64,000 nt of DNA. Origin: Promethearchaeia archaeon (GTDB lineage Archaea; Asgardarchaeota; Lokiarchaeia; Sigyniarchaeales; SOKP01). The stretch lies in contig JAHQWK010000031.1 of the NCBI GenBank assembly GCA_029856145.1, positions 1 through 64,000 of the forward strand. The letters run 5' to 3'. The position numbers and the translations under genes were made by a program. Positions 16,969 to 28,800 of the stretch are shown here, in pieces. The notes beneath the pieces are model-generated. The model saw only the letters and a program-made list of their open reading frames with translations, made no database searches and was not told where the DNA came from. Numbering within the stretch: the first letter of the stretch is position 1; each line of letters opens with the position of its first letter.

Positions 16969-18894
16969 ATGAAATCTAAATTTCATGTAAATTTTATTTT
17001 AATTTTAATATTCGTGTGTTTTAATGGTATTTTTTATTTGGACCAACATCCATTAATTTCGGATGAAATATTCAGAGTTCCAGATAACACTAAGAATGAA
17101 TTCAATAAACTTCCTAAACCATCCTCCATTGATGGAGAATTCTCTCATTATAATATTTCAGTTATTTTTGATCCATCCACATCAAGCGTTTTTGGAAATA
17201 TGACAGTAAATTTTTATAATAATGATCCTATTAATATTACTCGAATTCCCTTCCACCTATTTTTATCTGGTATGCAATACCTGAGCAGAATGGGAAATAC
17301 TGAAATTTTAAATGTTCAAACCATTAGTCAACCTAAAACTCCTTTAACTTTTGAAGTAAATGAAACCGCTCAGCTTTTATGGGTCAATTTAAACACAGAA
17401 TTAAAATCAAATGAACGAGTATTCTTTGAAATAGAGTTTAATTCAGTTATACCAGATGGAGGAATCGATAGAGCAAATTCCCACGGCTCAGGTAATAGTA
17501 GAATATATAAATTTTCCTGCTTTTATCCCATGCCATGTGTTTATGATAGCTTTGATGCATGGAATACAGATCCTTATTTAGCAGTCGGTGATCCTTTCTA
17601 TTATGATATGGCGTATTATAATGTTTTTATTGAAGCTCCTTATGATTTTGTAATTGCAGCCACAGGAAAATTAATAGAAATGCAAAACAAAAGCGAGACA
17701 ATTATTTATCATTTTGATCCATTATATCCTGTACGAGAAATTACATTTTCAGCATCACAATGGTTTATTGAAGAATCTACTTCAATAAGTGGAGTAATAG
17801 TTTCTACCTATTTTTTACCAAAATCTCAATCCTTGTGGCAAATAAACGCATTAAATTTTAGTAACCAAGCTTTATTTTTGTTTAATGATACTTTTGGCGA
17901 ATATCCCTATCCTACATTGAATATTGTTGAAGAATATACACATTATGGAGGAATGGAATACCCTTGCCAAGTTTATATTAGCGAATCAATTGATAGTTGG
18001 TCAGATCCCCTCTTGTATTTAGAAAAAGTTATTGTCCATGAAATCGGACATCAATGGTGGTATAATTTAATCGGGAATGATGAAATTGATTGGGGCTTTT
18101 TAGATGAAGGTCTCACTTGTTGGTCGACAGATTATTATGGAGAAATAATACATGGAAATTGGGAATATTTTCAATATTATCCATATATCGACGAAGTAAG
18201 GACATATCATTTAATTGTGGGATTACCCTCAAAAATAAATAGCTCTGTTTACGAATGCATTGACACAGGAATGGATTACTGGTATATTGCTTATCATAAA
18301 ACTCCACTGATTTTTGAAAAATTGCGTAAAACTATTGGAAATTCATATTTTCTTGCTGGATTACAACGATATTTTGAAGAAAATAAGTTTAAAATCGCTT
18401 TATTATCAGATCTACAACAAGCTATGGAAAGTACATGTGTTTTTTCGTTGGACTGGTTCTTTTTTTCCTGGTTTGATAACCTATATATTCCCAAATATAA
18501 TGGTAAATATAATTTTCTTAACGAAGATCAAACATCCTTATTAATAACAATCAATGATCTTAATGAACCCTTAAATAATTATGTCTACTATCAACAAGTT
18601 CAACTTATAATTGAAAATGCTAATGAGATTATTTACAATGAATGGATCTGGATAAATGGAACCACAACTATTGAAATATCGTTAAGTAGCAAACCCGTAA
18701 CAGTGAGGTTGGAATATGGGGATGAAGTAATAGTCCAACTAAATTCACCTTATTCAACTTTTTTATATATAAAATTGGAAGAAATACCAAATATTTCTGG
18801 CTATAATATAAGTATTCTAATTTTTTGTTTATTACTGATATCATTTCTATTTAAGATGTATTCATTTCATAGAAAAAATAAATCTAAAAATTAA
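16969..18894 (+). CDS. secreted, membrane-anchored M1 family aminopeptidase
   Basis: Signal peptide, GGMEY, HEIGH...FLDEG and the catalytic Y (AYHK). C-terminal ISGY + TM + basic tail is Loki-CTERM-like. Confidence 0.9.
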   Translation: MKSKFHVNFILILIFVCFNGIFYLDQHPLISDEIFRVPDNTKNEFNKLPKPSSIDGEFSHYNISVIFDPSTSSVFGNMTVNFYNNDPINITRIPFHLFLSGMQYLSRMGNTEILNVQTISQPKTPLTFEVNETAQLLWVNLNTELKSNERVFFEIEFNSVIPDGGIDRANSHGSGNSRIYKFSCFYPMPCVYDSFDAWNTDPYLAVGDPFYYDMAYYNVFIEAPYDFVIAATGKLIEMQNKSETIIYHFDPLYPVREITFSASQWFIEESTSISGVIVSTYFLPKSQSLWQINALNFSNQALFLFNDTFGEYPYPTLNIVEEYTHYGGMEYPCQVYISESIDSWSDPLLYLEKVIVHEIGHQWWYNLIGNDEIDWGFLDEGLTCWSTDYYGEIIHGNWEYFQYYPYIDEVRTYHLIVGLPSKINSSVYECIDTGMDYWYIAYHKTPLIFEKLRKTIGNSYFLAGLQRYFEENKFKIALLSDLQQAMESTCVFSLDWFFFSWFDNLYIPKYNGKYNFLNEDQTSLLITINDLNEPLNNYVYYQQVQLIIENANEIIYNEWIWINGTTTIEISLSSKPVTVRLEYGDEVIVQLNSPYSTFLYIKLEEIPNISGYNISILIFCLLLISFLFKMYSFHRKNKSKN

Positions 18895-18932
18895 ATTTTA
18901 AAATTAGTTATTTTATTTATATTAAAGAAGAG

Positions 18933-19086
18933 TGGTCCCTCCCCCCGGAATCTAGTGGGATTCGATTCAAATCCTTATTTCGAGCCGGGGACCGCTCGGT
19001 TTCGGCTGACGTAACTTCATTAGCTACAAGCTTTAGTTCGCGATATTATCTACAGCCGAGCACTCTGACCACTGAGTTAGGGAGGG
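18933..19086 (-). tRNA. tRNA-Tyr(GTA) with two introns (37/38: 19001-19049; T-loop 59/60: 18950-18978), CCA encoded
   Basis: Acceptor stem CCCTCCC/GGGAGGG, D stem ACTC/GAGT, anticodon stem CTCGG/CCGAG, T stem CCCGG/CCGGG. C1-G72 and A73 are Tyr identity elements. Removing the 49-nt and 29-nt inserts gives 76 nt. Confidence 0.93.
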
Positions 19087-19301
19087 ATTATTTTCTAAAT
19101 TAATTAATTATAGAATTAATATATTTTTTACGTTTTTCTAAGTTAGGATTAGAATTCTGCTTTATAAGATTATTAACCTAAAATTTTAACACTGAAAAAC
19201 CACAAAATACTTTTGTTGTGAAAAATTTTTAATATATTAATCTATAATTTTATAAAATTAAACTAATATAACATTTACAATTTAAATGCAAAAATAAAAG
19301 A

Positions 19302-19823
19302 TTGGTGATAATCATCAGAGAAGAAACAGACTATACTGAAGCAATCGAGGCGTACAAAAATGAACCCCTCGTGATTTTAGAACCGTGGGGTAGAAGTATT
19401 GATCATTTAAGACTTACCATTATTGGGAAAAAGGGAACCCCATATTCAGAAGGCAAGTTTGTATTTGAGATAAAATTCCCTGAAAATTACCCTTTCGCTC
19501 CTCCTTACGCATACGCAGTGACTTTAATGTGGCACCCTAATATTGATTCTTCAATTCCACCGGGAAAATTAAATATCTGTTTAGATTTAATTAATCCAGA
19601 TTTAGTAGGAAAAGTAGATGCTAGCACAGGAGCTTCTGGTTGGACTCCAAGCAAAACACTCACAAATATTATAGAAGCATTAAAGGGTATGATGCATGTT
19701 GAACCTCCCTTCTTTAATCCAGGAGATCCATTAAATCATGAGGCGGGAGAGCAATACTTTAGAGCTCAGAAAAAATTCGAGGCGAAAGCTGCCGCCTGGA
19801 CTAAGAAGTATAGCATGGACTAA
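19302..19823 (+). CDS. ubiquitin-conjugating enzyme E2
   Basis: GTPYSEGKF, YPFAPP, WHPNI, catalytic ICLDL, WTPS, PLNHEA and WTKKY. Confidence 0.95.
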   Translation: MVIIIREETDYTEAIEAYKNEPLVILEPWGRSIDHLRLTIIGKKGTPYSEGKFVFEIKFPENYPFAPPYAYAVTLMWHPNIDSSIPPGKLNICLDLINPDLVGKVDASTGASGWTPSKTLTNIIEALKGMMHVEPPFFNPGDPLNHEAGEQYFRAQKKFEAKAAAWTKKYSMD

Positions 19824-19915
19824 AGGATATTAATTATTTTTTATCTTCTATTTTTATTTTTTAAGTTTTAATAATTTTGGTGCAAAATATTAAAGATATC
19901 ACCTTATAGATTAAT

Positions 19916-20521
19916 ATGAATGTTTCATTCAAGAACACAGAGGTCATAGTTTTCGATTTAGATGGAACAATCGTTAATTTAACAGCTGATTGGATGTCTT
20001 TAAGAGACATTTTAGTTGAGATGTATAGAGAACAATATAAGGAAGATTGTAATTTTGAAAGGGTTTCAACCTGCCTTAATGAAATTGTCCAAAAAGAAGA
20101 TGAGGAAACCTTACAAGACTTTATTAGTGTCATTCGGGAGTATGAGCTTGAAAACATAAAGGATACCCAACTTATCGAAGAGACTATTTATTTCATTAGT
20201 AACAAAGAGTTATTTGGCGTCAATAGTGAAGTAAAATTTGCAATACTATCACTTAACACTAGAAGTACTATAATACGAGCTTTAGAACTCGCAAATATCT
20301 ATGATAAAATAGATCTTATAGTAGGTAGGGAAGATGTGAGGAGATGGAAACCTGCACCAGATGGTCTTTTAAAGATTCAAGAATATTTTAAGATGAAAAA
20401 GGAAGAGATGATCTACTTCGGAGATTTGGAGAAAGATGTTCTAACGGGTAAAAATGCTGGAATAGAGGCATACTTAATAGATGAGTTAATAGAACTAGTA
20501 AAGAAAAAACATACATACTAA
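19916..20521 (+). CDS. HAD family hydrolase (phosphoglycolate phosphatase-like)
   Basis: FDLDGT, KPAP and GDLEKD motifs. Confidence 0.9.
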   Translation: MNVSFKNTEVIVFDLDGTIVNLTADWMSLRDILVEMYREQYKEDCNFERVSTCLNEIVQKEDEETLQDFISVIREYELENIKDTQLIEETIYFISNKELFGVNSEVKFAILSLNTRSTIIRALELANIYDKIDLIVGREDVRRWKPAPDGLLKIQEYFKMKKEEMIYFGDLEKDVLTGKNAGIEAYLIDELIELVKKKHTY

Positions 20522-20552
20522 TAAAAGTTTAGCACTCTTTTTTCAAGTCTTT

Positions 20553-21107
20553 CTATACTTTTATAAAATTAAAAACCTCATCTATCCTCTCAACAAATTT
20601 AAATAAACCTATGCTAGATATTTTTCCTACTATTTCATCATCTTTAAAATGATGATCATCTACTGAGAGCCACCCCTCTTTTGTTAAAACACGGTGTAAC
20701 TCTTTTAAAATACTCTCTGTATCTGAGAGATCATGATAAATATCTAATAATAAAACGACATCGATTATGTTATCTTCTAAACTCGTATCGCAATCAGTTA
20801 AAATAGTTTCAACATTTTTAAGGTTCTTTTCTTTTGCCCTCTTTTTTACCTCTTCGATTGCTAAAGGATGAATATCAGCAGCATAGACTTTTCCTGTGTT
20901 ACCAACAACCTCTGCTGCCGTAATTGAGTAGCTACCTGGCCCACAACCATAATCTAGTACAATACTCCCCTTTTTAATTTTGGTTTTCTCGATTTTATTT
21001 ATTGGGGGATATTTCTTATCACGTTTTTTAAAATGTTTTTCCATAAACTTAAAATGTGTATTACCCATTGGCTTATCTTTTTTAGATTTTTCTTGAATTG
21101 CTAACAC
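20553..21107 (-). CDS. class I SAM-dependent methyltransferase
   Basis: VLDYGCGPG, VYAADI and ELHRVL motifs. Confidence 0.9.
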   Translation of the reverse strand: MLAIQEKSKKDKPMGNTHFKFMEKHFKKRDKKYPPINKIEKTKIKKGSIVLDYGCGPGSYSITAAEVVGNTGKVYAADIHPLAIEEVKKRAKEKNLKNVETILTDCDTSLEDNIIDVVLLLDIYHDLSDTESILKELHRVLTKEGWLSVDDHHFKDDEIVGKISSIGLFKFVERIDEVFNFIKV

Positions 21108-21146
21108 CTCTTTTGAGATATAAGTATTAATATAAAAAAAAAATTA

Positions 21147-22739
21147 TTACATAAAAGTGATTATAACGTTATATTTTTTAATTTCTGATTCTGTGAGGGC
21201 CTTTCCTAAAGGAGTTATACTAATAATATCGTTACTTTTTATTTTTAATGAAGTCAATTTAACATCTGGATCTTTCATTGAAGGCATATAAGGATTCCAA
21301 TAGATTTCTTTAGTCATTGGATTGGTTATCATCCATAATTCTGGATCTAATTCATAACCAGTTATTTTCATTGCGTTAAAAATATAACCCACATCTGCAT
21401 CAAATGGTACAACAATCTGCACATTTTCTTCACCTTCAATTTTTCCACAAGCAAGGCAATCCTCCCTTTTTATAATATTCAAATGATCGAATTGTCCATA
21501 TATCCCATTATAATTTACATAAGGAGGATCCATTGGTGCTCCAATATTCCTACCATTAACCCTAAATAGTAGTTTTAAGGTTTCTTGAGATTGGATACTT
21601 GCTATAACAGAGCTGACTGTTTGTATTGCAGCGATTTTATTTCCAAGAATATTTTCCATTTCTTCAAATTTATAGTCTGGTCCAAAAGTTTCTTTTATAT
21701 TTTGTTTCCATTCCTCAATTTCTTCTTCATTTAATGTCTCTCTTTTTTCTTCGGGTAAATTTTCATTAAAGACTCTTTCTCTTAATTTTTCTAACTCTAC
21801 TTGAGCTAATTCCTTGAATTTAAGTACTTCATCATCTAAATTAAGATCTGGTTTATGGCCATAACTTTTTTCAAAATTTACTTCAGCTTTTATGACACAA
21901 TGATTTCGATTACGTGGTAAGCCTTTTAATGTGCATGCTGCGACGAGTTTATCATCAGCAGGAGGTATTGGTACTAAACACCTATAACAAGGAGTTTGGT
22001 CTAATAATTGAGGAGCATATTTCCAATCAAAAACCATTTCAATTTCTTTTCGAAACCTTTTAATTAATGGTGATATTTTCTCTGCTTTTATCCTTTCAAT
22101 TTCTTCTTCCAATTCTTCTATTCTTCTCTGTGCTTCAAAGTAATTAGGATATTCCCTTTCTGTTATTTCCCAAAGTCTGGCTTCGACTAAATTCTCTATC
22201 TCTCTTTCTTTTTTTTTATATTGTAATTCAGAACCTTCAGGAATTACAATCTGTACATGACCCTCAAAAGCATGCGTAGCTCCTTCGACCATAGGTTTTT
22301 TTAGTCGAAGACATATTTTATTTAAGTCTAATCTAGCATTAAAATTGTCTAAGGCAGCAACTACTATATCAGATTCTTCATAAACAGACATTGGTAATTT
22401 TTGAAGCTTCTCAAAATAATAGTCGACCTTGAGATAAGGATTCATCTCCTTCAATTTTTCAGCGGCAACTTCAGCTTTAGGACGACCCTCATCACCAGGT
22501 TTGAAAAGCATTTGTCGTGATAAATTGGATGTTTCAATAGTGTCTAGATCAACAAGAATCAGTTTCCCAATTCCCATAAGAGCGAAATCTTTAGCTATTT
22601 CGCAACCTAAGGCGCCTACACCAATTATCATAATAGTTCCCTTGTCTATAATCTCTTGATCCCAGCCATCAATTAATTGTTGACGGGCATACATTCGTGC
22701 CTTAACAATATCCTCAGTTTTATCAGTCATATTAAACAA
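21147..22739 (-). CDS. ubiquitin-like activating enzyme E1 (UBA3/UBA2-like single subunit)
   Basis: GVGALG, DLDTIETSNLSRQ and ALDN motifs. Zn pairs CYRC/CLAC. Catalytic ACTLKGLPRNRNHC. C-terminal ubiquitin-fold-like domain. Confidence 0.92.
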   Translation of the reverse strand: MFNMTDKTEDIVKARMYARQQLIDGWDQEIIDKGTIMIIGVGALGCEIAKDFALMGIGKLILVDLDTIETSNLSRQMLFKPGDEGRPKAEVAAEKLKEMNPYLKVDYYFEKLQKLPMSVYEESDIVVAALDNFNARLDLNKICLRLKKPMVEGATHAFEGHVQIVIPEGSELQYKKKEREIENLVEARLWEITEREYPNYFEAQRRIEELEEEIERIKAEKISPLIKRFRKEIEMVFDWKYAPQLLDQTPCYRCLVPIPPADDKLVAACTLKGLPRNRNHCVIKAEVNFEKSYGHKPDLNLDDEVLKFKELAQVELEKLRERVFNENLPEEKRETLNEEEIEEWKQNIKETFGPDYKFEEMENILGNKIAAIQTVSSVIASIQSQETLKLLFRVNGRNIGAPMDPPYVNYNGIYGQFDHLNIIKREDCLACGKIEGEENVQIVVPFDADVGYIFNAMKITGYELDPELWMITNPMTKEIYWNPYMPSMKDPDVKLTSLKIKSNDIISITPLGKALTESEIKKYNVIITFM

Positions 22740-22878
22740 ATCTTATTTTTTATGATTATAATATTATTATTTCAAATTCAAAATATAAACTCTTTTAGTT
22801 GCTTTCTTACTAACAAAAAGTAATTAAGATTAGTAATAATCACTTTTAAACTTAATAAGATAGAAATAGATAAATAAT

Positions 22879-25800
22879 TCACTTTTTCTTCTTTTCAGTT
22901 GCTTCTTTAATCATTTTTTTAAGGCTATCAACTTTTTCTCTCTCTTTAGCTTCCTCTAATTTTTCTTGGAAATCTCTTTTCCCATCTTCCTTCTTCGCTA
23001 TTTCATCCATAAGTTCTTGTTTAATTTTTATTAAATTTGTCATCTCCTTGCGAAAGTCTCTTGCTTTAGCTTTAACCTTTATTTTTTGCTCTGATTCCGC
23101 TAATTTTTGTTCTTTTCGACTTTCTTCAATCAAACTTATTATATTATCCGCTAATTCACCAACTTCTCCAAGTGTCTCTTTTAATTCAGCTCCTTCTTTT
23201 TCTCTACGCTTTAATTCTAAAGATCTTTGTTCTTCTAATTGTTCTTGAATGCCTTTGATTCTCACTTCTTCTTTAATAACTCTTTCTTCTAATCTCTTAG
23301 TATTTTTAATTTCTGTTTCAATATATTTTATTTCTTCATCCCAACCAATTTCTTTGAACTTAGTGATGGCAGAGTTAAAAATTTCATATGATTTGTCAAA
23401 ATCATGGTATGCTGCCCATTTTTTCCCTTCATCAATAAGTTTTAATCCATCATCTCTTATCTGTTCCGCTTGCTGCCTTTTAATAACCAAATCTCTATAT
23501 TGACTTTCTTGTTCTCGTTTCATTCTTTCTTGCTCTAATCGTCTTCTTCTCACTTCTTCTTGAAATATAGCATATTCATTTTCCCTCTGTAAGCGTACTT
23601 GTTCCTCCAATCGTCTCTTTTCAAGAAAATTAGTTTGTTCTTGTTGCAGATCCTTAATTAATGTATCTAAATTTCTAATTTCAGGTTCCCAGCCAATATT
23701 TTCTGCTAAAATGTGTCTTGCTTGAATATATAATGAAATTGCTTCATTGTAGTTAGGTATATGATGTCTCAAATATTTTCCCGCTTCTTCTAACAGAGAA
23801 TATGCTGATTCCCTCACACTCATTTGTTTTTGTATTATTTTTTCTCGCTCCTGAAGAGCTAATTGCTGAGCTTCCTTTTTTTCCCTTTCTTGCCTCTTTC
23901 TTTCCTCAATAAGCATAGATAATGCTCTTTCTTCATCTAGTTTTTCTAATTCTTTGTGAACTTCTAAATTTTCTAATTCAATTTTTTGATTTTTCAATTT
24001 ATTAATCTTAAATATCATGTTGCTAATTGAATCAGTTGGAAATTGCATCTCATTTAATATAATTCCTGCTCTTCTATAACATATTACTGCATTATCATAA
24101 TTTTGTTCTTTTAGAAATTTTTCTGCCTCATCTAAAATCTTGAATGCTTGTTCCTTTCTCTCTTCCAGTCTTGATTTCAATTCTTCCATTTTAAATATTT
24201 CCAATTCCTTTCCTTTCAATCGTTCTTGTTCAACCCGTAAATTTTCTGCCATTTTTTGTTGAAGTTCCCATTCTTCTCGTTCTTTTTGCGTTCTTAATTT
24301 TAAGTCATTTTGCTTTTGTAGTTGAGATTCTCTTTTTTTCTCTTGGACTTTAAGTATTAATTCTCTGATAGTATCAGTTGGAAAGGCAATTTCATTTAAT
24401 ATTAATTCAGCTGCATGGTAGTATTCGAGAGTTTTATCATATTGTAATTGTTTCATATAAATTTCTGCTTCTTCAAGAAGACTGAAAGCTTGATCTTTCC
24501 TTTTTTCCATAAAAGCATGAGATTCTTTTTGAGTCTCAATTTCTATCTGTTTAGCTTTCAATTTAATCTCATTAATCTTCATATTTTTTGTTATCTGTTG
24601 TTGGAAATTAAATTCTTCTTGAGCTTGTTGAAGTTGAATCTCTAGGTTCTTTTGTTTTGTTATCAATTCTTCCTTAATTTTTTCCTGAACCTTATGAATC
24701 ATTTCTCTAATCGAGCTTGTAGGAAACCCAATTTCATTTAATATCAATTCTGCTTGCCTATATTGTTCAATTGCTCGGTTATATTGCTTTTGATTAAAAA
24801 AATTTTCAGCAGTGGATAAGATTTCAAATGCTTCTGTTTTGCGCGTTTCCATTAATTGTTTTATTTTTTCTTGTTTTTGGATTTCTATTTTTTTTGTTTT
24901 TAATCTTTCTTGTTCTCTTCGCATATAATTAGAAATTTTTTTCTGGAATTGTTCTTCTTCATGTTCTCGTTGCTTTAATGATTCAATTTCAAATTCTTTC
25001 TCTCTTTCTATATCCCTTTTTCTAACTTCAATTGCTTTTATAGTGTCTTGAAGCAGCTTTAAATAATCACTTGTCCACCCAATTTCAGATAGGAAATTCA
25101 TGGCAATTTGATAGTTCTGTAATGCATTATCATAATTCTTTTGATGAAGTAAAGTATATCCGTTATCAATGAGTTTAAAAGCTTCTTGCTCTTTTTCTAA
25201 ATTTTGAGTAGTAAGTAATTCTTTCTTTTGAAATCTTTCTCTTTCTTCTAGTGCTTTTATTCTTTCACTCTCTCTTAAAATTCTTATTTTTTCCATGAAA
25301 GCGTAGTTTTGTTTTTCCTTTTCTATTGCTTCGCTGATAGATTTCTGTTTTATCAAGTCCTTTTCTCTTTTCTTCCCTTCAATATCTTTTATTGCTTTAT
25401 TTATGATTGGAATTTCTTTAGTCCATTGAATCTGAGCAAAAATATTAGCAACACTTTGATAAAGTTCAATCGCATCATCTAATTTACCTAAGGAAATATA
25501 ATTTTGAGTTTTTTCTAATATATTAAATGCTTCTTCCTTCCTAGTTTCCCTGTAAGCAAGTTCTTTTTCTCTTTCTCTAAGTGTGATTTCTTTTCTCTTT
25601 AACTCTTCACGTTGTGATTTCATTTCTCTAATAAGTTTTTCTTGAAACACTCTCTCTTGTTTTTCCTTTTCTATAGATGATTGTAAATTTTGTTGCTTTC
25701 TAATCTCAGCTTCTCGCTTTTTATCCTCAACTGCAATAATGGAATTTTGAATTAATTCTATTTCTTCATCCCACTCAATGACTCCAAAAATGTCTGTTGC

Positions 25801-28800
25801 TTTATGATATAACTTAATTGCTTCATCATAATTTCCTTGTTCAATTTGTTGTTGAGCTTCTTCAAGCACATTAAATGCTTTTTCTTTTTCCTGTTCTTGG
25901 ATTATTCTTAATTCTTCTTCTTTCTTTAGTTTCTCTTGCTTTTCTCTCATTTTGTGTTCTTCAAATTCTATTTTCTTTAGAATTTGCTTTTGAAATAGCT
26001 CTTCTTCTTGCTCTCTTCTTATTTTTAATTCTAATTCTTTAAATCGATTTAAATCCTCTTCTCTCTTTTTCTCATGAATTTTTGAAATCATCTCTCCAAT
26101 AGCTCCCGTGGGGAAATTAATTTGATTTAATATTAATTCTGCTTTATGGTAATTTTCAATTGACTTTTCGTATTCTCCTTGAATTAATAGAGTTTGCGCA
26201 TCATCCATTATCTTAAACGCTTCTGACTTACATTCTTCCATAAGTTTTACTAAATCTTCTCTTTTTTGTATGACTATTTTTTTTTCTTGTAGTTTTTTCT
26301 GTTCTTTAAGCATATATTCACTAATTTTCTTTTGAAACAAATCTTCCTCTTTTTGACGTTTTAATGAGATCTCAAAATCTTTTTGTTTTTCCTTCTCTTT
26401 CTCTTTCTCTCTTATTTTGATTGTTTGAATTATCTCATTTAATAATTTTAAATATCGTTCCTCCCAACCAATATCTTTTAGAAGGTCTATGGCTTTATTA
26501 TAATTAGCTATAGCGTTATTGAAACTTTCTTCTTCAAAGAGTTTGTCTCCACTTTCTATTAAACTAAATGCTTTTTGCTGTTTAGCTAAATTTTGGGCAG
26601 AAAGTTGTTTTTGTTTTTCAAATACTTCTTTCTCTTTCAAGAGTTCTGTTTTTTCTCTTTCTGTTTGATATCGTATCCGTTCAATAAATGCTCTATCTTC
26701 AGCTTCTTTTCTAATTGCCTTCTGTAAAAGCTTTTGTTTATTAAATTCATCTTGCCTTTTTTTATCTTCAATAGAATGGATTGCTTCTTGGATTATTGGG
26801 ATTTCTTCAGTCCATTGAATCTGAGCGAACATATTTGCTACATTGTAGTAAATTTGAAGGGCATCATCAATCTTTCTTTGAAAAAGGAAATCCTGAGCCA
26901 TTTCCAGTAAGTCAAAAGCTTCTTGTTTCTTTCTTTCACGATATGCAAGTTCTTTTTCCTTTTCTCTAAGTACAATCTCTCTTTTCATTAATTTATAATG
27001 TTGAACTTTCATTTCTTTTGTGATACGTTCTTGAAATGCTTTTTCTTGTTTTTCACGCTCTAATTCTGCTTGAAATTTAATTTGATTTTGTATATCTTCT
27101 TCCTTCTTTTTATTTTCAATCTCTACTATAGAATTTTGGATGAGATTGATTTCATTCTGCCATTGAGCATCAGCAAAAAAGTTAATAGCATATTGAAGTA
27201 TTTCAATAGCTTTATCGAAATTACCTTCTTTAACATTATTTTGTGATTCTTCGAGTAATTTAAAACCTGCTTTTCTTCTTTCTTCACGATATTTTGATTC
27301 TTTCTCACGTTCCATTAATTCAATTTTCTTTTTCTTTAATTGTTCACGTTCTTGCTGTAAATATTTTGAGATTTGTTTTTGAAACTCTTCATCTTTCTTT
27401 TGTCTTTCAATAGTGTCTTTTAATTCTTTCTTTTTCAGGATGTTCTGTTTTCTTTTTAGTTCTTCAACATCTCTTATTGAATCTTCAATTATTGGAACTT
27501 CTTCAGCCCATTGAATTTCGGCAAATATATTTGCGGCATTCTGATAATTTAAGATCGTATTATCATAATCACCTTTTTTTAGGAAATCTATAGCATAATC
27601 TAAGAATTCAAAGGCAACATTTTTCCTATGTTCAAATAATTTGATCTCTTCTTCACGATCTTTAATAACGATTTCTTTCTTTTTTAAGCGATCACGTTCT
27701 TTATTTATTTGAGTAGCTATTTGCTTCTGAAAATCTAATTCTTCTCTGCTTCTTTCCTCTAATTTCTTTTGATCTTCATATTTCTTGCTAAGCTGTGAGT
27801 GTTTAAGCTTTTCTACGTTTGAGATTGTATTTTGAATCATAGATCTATAAGGTTCCCAACTGGGCCCTAAATCTGTGAGGATTGGTAAAGCTTTATAATA
27901 TATATTTATAGCCTCTTCAAAATTCTTTCCCTTTAGAATTTCATCTGCTTTATCTAATATTTTAAACAGATCTTCTTCTTTCCTTACGTCATCTCTCCTT
28001 TTTTCTTCATAATCACTTCTTTTTTTGTCTAATTCTTTTGCGGATTCAATGAATTGGTCCTTTTGTTTTTGATATATTGAATCTTGAAGTGTTCTTAAAT
28101 CTCTTTGTCTTTTCTCTTTTAATTGATTAGAGATTTCTTCTCGGTTTTGTTTATTTTTTACATTTTCAATTAAATTTGTAATTGGTTGGATATATGAATC
28201 CCACTCTATCGATCTAAGAAGTCGAACTGCTTGATTTAATTTATCAATTGCTTGATCATATCTTTTTTCTCTTTCAAGCCTATTTCCAATATCTATTAAA
28301 TTAAATGCTTTAAGTTGAATATCTTCCTCATGTCTTTTCTTCGTTACAAAATCAATTAATCTTTCTTTTTTCAGTTCTGCCTCTTTTTCTAAAATAATTT
28401 TCTGTTCTTCAATGTCACTTGTCAATGGTAATGGCTTCTCTACTTGATGAGCCTCAAATTCTAATTTACCTTTCTTAAGCGTTTCAATTAATGTTTGAAT
28501 TTTTTGAATTTGAACATTCCAACCAATAGAATTCAATAATTCCACAGCCCTTTCATAGTTCATTATCGCGTTATCAAATTTCCTATCTTTTTCAAACATT
28601 TTAGCAGCATCAATATGAGCAAATGCCTCATCTTGTATGTTTTCTTCATGTTGTTTCTTTGTCCTAAACTTCTCTAGGATTTCTGCTTTTTCGACACTAC
28701 TTTTTTGCCCAAACATGCCAACAACTTGGGGTTTCTCATCAGGAACTATTTGACGTACTTCTTTTTTTAATTCAGTTTCCTGTCGTTGATATTGTTGATC

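Noticed and set aside
23048-27308. Short ORFs within the giant gene, and similar 60-115 aa ORFs nested in other genes
   Set aside because: Antisense or out-of-frame shadows of well-supported CDSs, with Ser/Phe/Leu-rich composition and no motifs.
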